This document shows positions 57,901 to 64,000 of a stretch of DNA of 64,000 bases, piece by piece. Under the pieces are notes generated by a model. It saw only the letters and a list, made by a program, of their open reading frames with translations, was not told the origin of the DNA and searched no databases. Position numbers and translations under genes: made by a program. The stretch covers positions 31,899-95,898 of the forward strand of contig NIVC01001701.1 in NCBI GenBank assembly GCA_002269645.1, in the 5' to 3' direction. This stretch comes from Macrostomum lignano. Taxonomy: Eukaryota. Positions within the stretch are counted from its first letter, which is position 1. The number at the start of each line of letters is the position of its first letter.

Positions 57901-60900
57901 TCGCCGTCGCTGTTCGCGGAAGTCAGCGAGGCGCCCCGCTTGATGAGGTACTTGGCGATCTCCGTGTGGCCGCCAAGCGCCGTGGCGTGCAGCGGCGTCC
58001 AGCCCTCCTTGTCGCGGGCGTGCAGGTCCGCGCCGTGCTCGCAGAGGAAGCGGACCAGCTCCAGCTTATTGTCAATGCAGGCCTAGCAAAATGAGTTATG
58101 GAAAGAATCTGTGGGAGAGTTTGCCTACTGACAGCAGTAGAGAGTATGAGTATGAATTCTCACATGCATGGGCAAAGCATTAACAACAAACTGTTTCAAC
58201 TGGTCTGACATGCGGGTGACTGAGTTGCCAGGGCAAAATTGATATCAGTTCTAGTTAGTAACACTTGATTCTGTTGCTAGTACTCATAGTTAGCAGCAGT
58301 GTGCCATGGAGTTTTATGTATCTAAATGCACTATGCATATGTGTGACACTGGGTTTTCAAGCATCAAAATTGAATTTAGCCTTTTGGGTCCAAATTCAGG
58401 TTGGTAAGTTGAAAACCAATATGCCAAAACCAAAATATTAAAATTTCTATTCTATTACTTTATATTGTTGATACTCTCTAAACTGCAAAAAAACAGTAAA
58501 ATATTTTTGTTATTATTAATTATAGTCTATAAAATGTACCTAGAATTAGGAGTTTTCCAATTTTTATAAAACTATTAATGCTTTAATTGTTTTGGGAAGA
58601 TTATTAAATTTTCTCTTGTTGACATAGAAATTTGCCCAATGCACTTGGCATATATGTAGCACTTACTTAACTAAGCTAATCTAGCTAGGTAAGGAGTAGG
58701 GGTTGAACAATATTGAATTTTTGAGATTCAATATTTTTTGACAATACAATATGGGATTCAATTAAGATTTTCAGATATTTAATTAAAATAAGACAAAGCT
58801 AAAAACTAAAAAAAGCAATTCTCTTTGTACAACTTTTTTATATTTTGACAAAAAATGTGAACTTTGTGCACTTTTGTTAAATATCACAACTTTTAATTTG
58901 TAAAAAATATGGAAATTTTTAGGTGTATCATTTTTCTAAACACAGCCAAATCCCTTAATATGGATGACACTAAATGAGTATTATGAGTTGATTTTGTTTT
59001 AATTTAATTTATATGGAATTCAATGTGTTTATACTGACCTCTAGGTAATATATGCTATATTCAGAAGATTAGTATTTAACCTAGGGCTCTTTATTTTACT
59101 TTATTTTATATCTTGGATTCTTGGCACTTTTTAAAGTTGTAATTCAATTGAGAAAAAAGTCAAAATATTGAATATAGTAGGATTTGTTTTATGCTTTGAA
59201 GATAAAAATAACCATTTCACTATTTTTACCATTATTATAACAACAACTACTACTTTATTTAATATGGTATCCACACTTTTTGGTGCCTATGCTGTTTGGT
59301 GCTAGGCATTTCAGTGCCCTAGTTTGCTTCTCAGTGCCTCATTTTGCTTGCTTTTTGGTTCCAGCTTAACAAATATATATAATAAATACTGAAAGTCAAT
59401 CATACTATTCTAGATTCAATTGAAGGCAATTACAAATAAGAACAAATTTATTTTTTGCATTTTTCATCTTGCAAATAATTTTTTCAATGAAATTCATTTA
59501 AAGAACAAATTGAGAATTGATTATATTTGATTACGGAGACAAAAAACAAATGACTACCTATGCATACCTTATCCATTTATTATAACAACAATTTGCAGTT
59601 GCTTTGTGCAATTTCAGATTTCAAAGAAAATAATACTGGATTCATAAAAAGCAAGTCAGCTTAATAAAGTAAATAATACTTTTGGTTAGTTAGAGTATAA
59701 GATTATGGGGAAATCCAAAAATCGGGGGCAAGTTTTATGAAAATTCGTTTTTTGGCAATTTGAAAGCAATAAAGCTATAAAATAAATTTATTCAAGTTTT
59801 TAAAAAGTAAAAAAGTCTATTAAAGCACAAATTATTTTCGTATAGCTTTATTTTGAATAAAATGATTTGTTAAAACGGTAAGTTTAATTACGACATAAAA
59901 TGAGTCTAATGAAAATGATTGAAAAGCTATAATAATGTATTTTATTAACTTTAACTATCTTATAATGTTACACTCTATAATTCTACAACATATTTAACAT
60001 TATTTTAAGGTTTTATTTGTTTATCACTTTAGTTACTCTTGACAACGTGTATTTTGTAGAGTTCGTTTGCAATAAATTGTATTCAACGTAAGTTTATTAT
60101 TTAAACATACAAGTTCCCGTAAGGATCGGAAAATTGCATTTTACTCAGCTTCTACTAAAGCGATTTGGAAAATTCTTTTTTTCCTGCATACACGCCGCGA
60201 TGATACATGTTTTAGTGTAATTTCATTGTTCTTTGTCGCTTAATAAGCATACAGTAAGCATCTGATTTGGAAGCCGGGTAACACATTGGAATTCCCATAA
60301 GGATTGGAAAATTGCATTTTACTCAGCTTCTACTGAAGCGATTTGGAAAATTCTTTTTTTCCTGCATACACGCCGCGATGATACATGTTTTAGTGTAATT
60401 TCATTGTTCTTCGTCGCTTAATAAGCATACAGTAAGCATCTGATTTGGAAGCCAGGTAACACATTGGAATTCCCATAAGGATTGGAAAATTGCATTTTAC
60501 TCAGCTTCTACTGAAGCGATTTGGAAAATTCTTTTTTTCCTGCATACACGCCGCAATGATACATGTTTTAGTGTAATTTCATTGTTCTTCGTCGCTTAAT
60601 GAGCATACAGTAAGCATCTGATTTGGATGCCGGGTTCACATTTTGTGGTACCATTTTTTACCCAAAATTTTTAAGTCTAAATATAGGCATATTACAAATA
60701 CTAATACTATGCAAGTTGATATTTAAATGAAAGAAAACAACTTAAAGATTATTTTGCAACAAGGAATTAGCAATATATTTACTTTTAGAAAAAGATGTTT
60801 GCTGGCAAACTTTGCACTTTATATTAGTATGAATTTTTGCGAGTTTATATGGTTTTAGAAAAACTTTGAAATCCTTAGAAATACTTCATCTTTTTGAATT

Positions 60901-61771
60901 GAATAAAAAGTAAAACACAGATTACTTTCTGTTTTGTAAGTAGTAAAAAAATTAGCCTTCTCTAAGGCCTACAAGTCTTAAAATTAATTGTTTAATAATG
61001 AAAAAAAGTGAAACAAAAAATTGCAAATCGGTCAACTCGGACTTTCAAAATGCTTTTTGTGGTTTTTTCTTATTTATTCAACAATATAAAGCATGAAAAC
61101 AATAGTTTTTATCCAGAACTATTTTCTAAAGACCTATCTATCTTTCAAAAACCTTTTTTAGATACATTACTTTCCATCGAATGTCCGCAGATTTGTTTTA
61201 CCATTTTATCCCACGTTTTTGGATTTCGCCTTATCCATTATTATTATATCTTATTAATTAATATAGCTATCAATTATTGATTTGGTATCATATTCAAGTT
61301 TGGGACCAAAAAGCAAACTAGGGCACCAAAATGCCTGGCACCAAAAAGCATAGGCACCAAAATTCATGGAAACCTTTATTATTAGCTATTGCATTGGCAT
61401 TGCCATTAGGCCTACCAAAAAAATATTCTTTGTAGGCCTACTTATAATTCTTAATCTTAGTCTAGTTTAAGCCTAAATAATGCCAATAGTTAGAGCTAAA
61501 AGTATTTTCCACATACCTGATGCAATGCTGTTAATCCATCAATATTGCTGGTGTTAATTTCAACTTTATCTTCTTGCAATAGCCTAGTAATCTCATCAAA
61601 ATCTGATGAACTACAAGCTGCAAGAAAAGCTATTTCAAACTGAAATTTGACTTTGTGTTGAGATCGCATTTTTGATGATGCTTTATTTGTTTCTGAAGCT
61701 TCCCATGTGCGAACTTGCTCACGCCTGCTGTGCACATTTTTTGTAAGGGAAGCAGCAGGAGGCCGCTCCAT
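48947..61771 (-). CDS. PPP1R12A: Myosin phosphatase targeting subunit (PPP1R12/MYPT1/Mbs-like), 10 coding exons, about 885 aa, two apparent frameshifts
   Basis: Exons are 61771-61517, 58082-57532, 57297-57223, 57115-57030, 55558-55035, 54434-54372 (less certain), 51792-51562, 51187-50696, 50231-49971 and 49066-48947. Motifs are MyPhoNE RREQVRTW, RVxF-type KVKF, ankyrin repeats (DGLTALHQ, EGWTPLH, LHVAAAKGY, GWTALHAAAHWGQ), EESETERRRISR..KRLTQGVT and the C-terminal zipper LKADNTSLIRVISRL. Frame breaks occur at about 57558 and about 55480-55510. Confidence 0.93.
49220..49935 (+). repeat. Purine-rich minisatellite (GAGAGGGTAGAGATGG variants) in the last PPP1R12 intron
   Basis: Read directly. 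Confidence 0.95.
50345..50575 (+). repeat. About 23-bp minisatellite CTGACACATCTCATCCCCTGGC in a PPP1R12 intron
   Basis: Read directly. Confidence 0.9.
51200..51502 (+). repeat. 25-bp minisatellite GGGGGTTGGGGAAGGCCTGAGGTCA in a PPP1R12 intron
   Basis: Read directly. Confidence 0.95.
51832..52945 (+). repeat. 24-bp minisatellite CTGACACAGGGATCAGGGATGGGT in a PPP1R12 intron
   Basis: Read directly. Confidence 0.97.
53330..54056 (+). repeat. 30-bp minisatellite CTACCATACCTACTCTGACTACCCCACACC
   Basis: Read directly. Confidence 0.96.
54500..54955 (-). repeat. 28-bp minisatellite family, locus 3 (reverse orientation)
   Basis: Reverse complement of the 28735 unit. Confidence 0.93.
55585..56390 (+). 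repeat. G-rich 36-45-bp minisatellite in a PPP1R12 intron
   Basis: Unit GGGCTGAGGGGATGGCAGGGACAGGCTGCTGAGTGAG, with or without GGGCTGTGG. Confidence 0.95.
59266..61374. mobile_element. Foldback-like non-autonomous element in PPP1R12 intron 1
   Basis: TTTGGTGCCTATGCT..TTGGTGC.AGGCATT..GTGCCCTAGTTTGCTT at about 59280-59330 is inverted at about 61305-61365. No TSD was identified. Confidence 0.55.
60116..60640 (+). repeat. 178-bp tandem repeat, about 3 copies
   Basis: Units start at 60116, 60294 and 60472. Confidence 0.95.
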
Positions 61772-62475
61772 GATTTTAATAATAAAATAACACTAACAGG
61801 CTTAGAATCGTTAGATGCTAAAAAAAGAACATTGGCTGAAGTTAGGAAAAATAGAGCTTTTTTACGCAATAAGCCACTAAAACCTTTAACACCAGGGGTA
61901 AACTTTTAAGTCTAGCTCTGTTAAATTGTACTAGGCCTAGGCCTACCTTCTTGACATTCGATCCAACGTGATAAGATCGACCACGGGGACCACCTTGGCT
62001 TTCCTCTCAGTATCAAAAAAGGTTTATTATTAATTTCTTGAAAAGTACAAAGAATCAGCAGAACTATACTAAAGTAGGCCTACAAATAAAGAATAACGAT
62101 TCAATTCACTGCGCAATGATCCCATATCCATGCATTCATGCAGACTAAGTGACTGTATTAGGAGATGAATTGAAACTAGCTTTCTATGAAAATAAAGAAT
62201 GGTCCCTTTTGATATTCACTTTTGATACAACTTTATAAATATAGCTGTAAAAACGAGCGGCATAAATATAAAAACATTTGTGTAAACCATTATAAAAAGT
62301 CCTTATCAATAAAAATATTTGTTAGATTAATCTATTCTATATTTAATTTCGCGTGAAATCTATTTGACCTTCCATTGGTTTTTCAGTTCCAGTTCCCGAT
62401 AAGATAAAAATAACAAAAAGATCGATTTAGCAGAAAACACTTGAATGTAAAACGATTTTTTAGTCGAAACTCAAA

Positions 62476-63185
62476 TTTACCATCTGAAATCTGTGTATAT
62501 AAAAAAATCAGCTTCACAGACCTTACTGTTGCTTCAGTGCAGGTCTCCAATCTTGCATAGCGTGATGTTGAAACGTCAGAAACTGTACGATGTCGCATAC
62601 AGGCCAAATCATTATACCCCTAGAACTACGAAATAGCCAACAACAACTGATAACCAATTTTATTTTTGCAATTTACCATCTGAAATCTGTGTATATGTAA
62701 AAAATCAGCTTCACAGACCTTACTGTTGCTTCAGTGCAGGTCTCCAATCTTGCGTAGCGTGATGTTGAAACGTCAGTAACTGCAGAATTTCGCATACAGA
62801 CCAAATCATTCTACCCCTAGAACTGCGAAATACCAAACAACAACTGATAACCAACTTTATTTTTGCAATTTACCATCTGAAATCTGTGTATATGTAAAAA
62901 ATCAGCTCCACAGACCTTACTGTTGCTTCAGTGCAGGTCTCCAATCTTGCATAGCGTGATGTTGAAGCGTCAGTAACTGCAGAATTTCGCATACAGGCCA
63001 AATCATTCTACCCCTAAAACTACGAAATACCAAACAGCAACTGTTAACCAATTTTATTTTTGCAATTTACCATCTGAAATCTGTGTATATGTAAAAAATC
63101 AGCTTCAAACAGACCTTACTGTTGCTTCAGTGCAGGTTTCCAATCTTGCATAGCGTGATGTTGAAACGTCAGAAACTGTACGATT
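62476..63185 (+). repeat. About 197-bp tandem repeat, about 3.6 copies, upstream of PPP1R12
   Basis: TTTACCATCTGAAATCTGTG occurs at 62476, 62672, 62869 and 63066. Confidence 0.95.
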
Positions 63186-63289
63186 TCGTAGCTACAAGGG
63201 TTTGTAACTTTGAATTTGTAAAATAACCAGCTTATACTCGTAGGTAATTATAGAACAACAGTAACAAAAAATACGCAGTCCTCCCCCCC

Positions 63290-63645
63290 AGTAGTCAGTG
63301 GAGGGAGCGTCCGATGGCATGTCGAAGCGCCAGCAGGCGAGAATCAATTGTCAGGCCCATTGATCGACAGTGTCGGGCGCCCCAACGTTGCTCAGGATGC
63401 AGTCCACGTATCTCCGTGTCCTCGGTCGCTTGAGCCCGCCTGAACTGTTCCCGCAAAGTGAGCGGCAGGATGTCCTGGACAGGCTTGGGCAATAGCCCGG
63501 ATCACGTAGCGCCTGTCAGTTGGAGTCGCCGTCTCGCTGCAGGATGGTACATCCTTGGACAGGACGCTTTTGTCAGCCTGAACGCATGGAGCAGCCCCGC
63601 GGGCCGAGTGATCCAATTGTCTAGCTGTTGTCCAGCGTGGCCGTT
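63290..63645 (-). mobile_element. 3' fragment of an RTE-like non-LTR retrotransposon, frameshifted
   Basis: Minus-strand frames give RRLQLTG, VIRAIAQACP, KPVQDILPLTLREQFRRAQ and RTRRYVDCILSNVGAPD. These resemble the post-RT C-terminus of RTE-clade LINEs. Confidence 0.6.
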
Positions 63646-63660
63646 AACATCGGGACGCTA

Positions 63661-64000
63661 GAATTCGCGCGACTGGATTTCGCGCGATCTGGCATTCGAG
63701 CGACTGCATTTGCGCGACTGGAAATCGCACGACCTGGAATTGAAGCGTGCGCTTTCTTTCTAGCGACTGGATTCACACGAATGGATTTAAATCCAGTCAA
63801 TCGAAATCCGGTTGCGCGAAGTTCAGTCGCGCGAAATCCAGTCGCACAAAATTCTACGTCGCGCGAAATCTAGTCGGTTGAAGTAAGTCGCGAGAAATGA
63901 TGCAGTCGAATTCAATTTCAAGTCGCCTAAAATCATCCGATTCGCGCAAAAATCCTGGTGCGCAGAAGACAAATAGCGCAAAATCCAGTAGCGCGAATTC
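63661..64000. mobile_element. Palindromic foldback MITE built from TTCGCGCGACTGGAT units
   Basis: GAATTCGCGCGACTGGATT at 63661 is inverted as AATCCAGTAGCGCGAATTC at the window end. The internal units flip orientation around about 63790. Confidence 0.7.

Overview
Eukaryotic (metazoan) genomic DNA. GC-rich spliced exons, AT-rich intergenic tracts and a minisatellite in most introns suggest a free-living flatworm such as Macrostomum; this is an inference. I reconstructed these spliced genes by hand: an NPY/NPF neuropeptide precursor (minus, 7048-7817, missed by the ORF track because of a 1-nt frameshift and an intron inside the RPRF codon), API5 (+, 11412-21295), an EF1-delta-like gene (+, 28429-32702), CCDC170-like (-, 33979-39290), a 91-aa two-TM protein (-, 40815-42096), an unidentified coiled-coil protein (+, 44193-45193) and PPP1R12/MYPT1-like (-, 48947-61771, two apparent frameshifts). 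Mobile DNA comprises a degraded Ty3/gypsy integrase, a solo-LTR-like element with a 4-bp TSD, an internally deleted mariner, two hAT-type and two MULE-type non-autonomous elements with exact TSDs (some nested three deep), MITEs and an RTE-like LINE fragment. Most long ORFs in the supplied track are tandem-repeat artefacts. No rRNA, tRNA or CRISPR array was seen.
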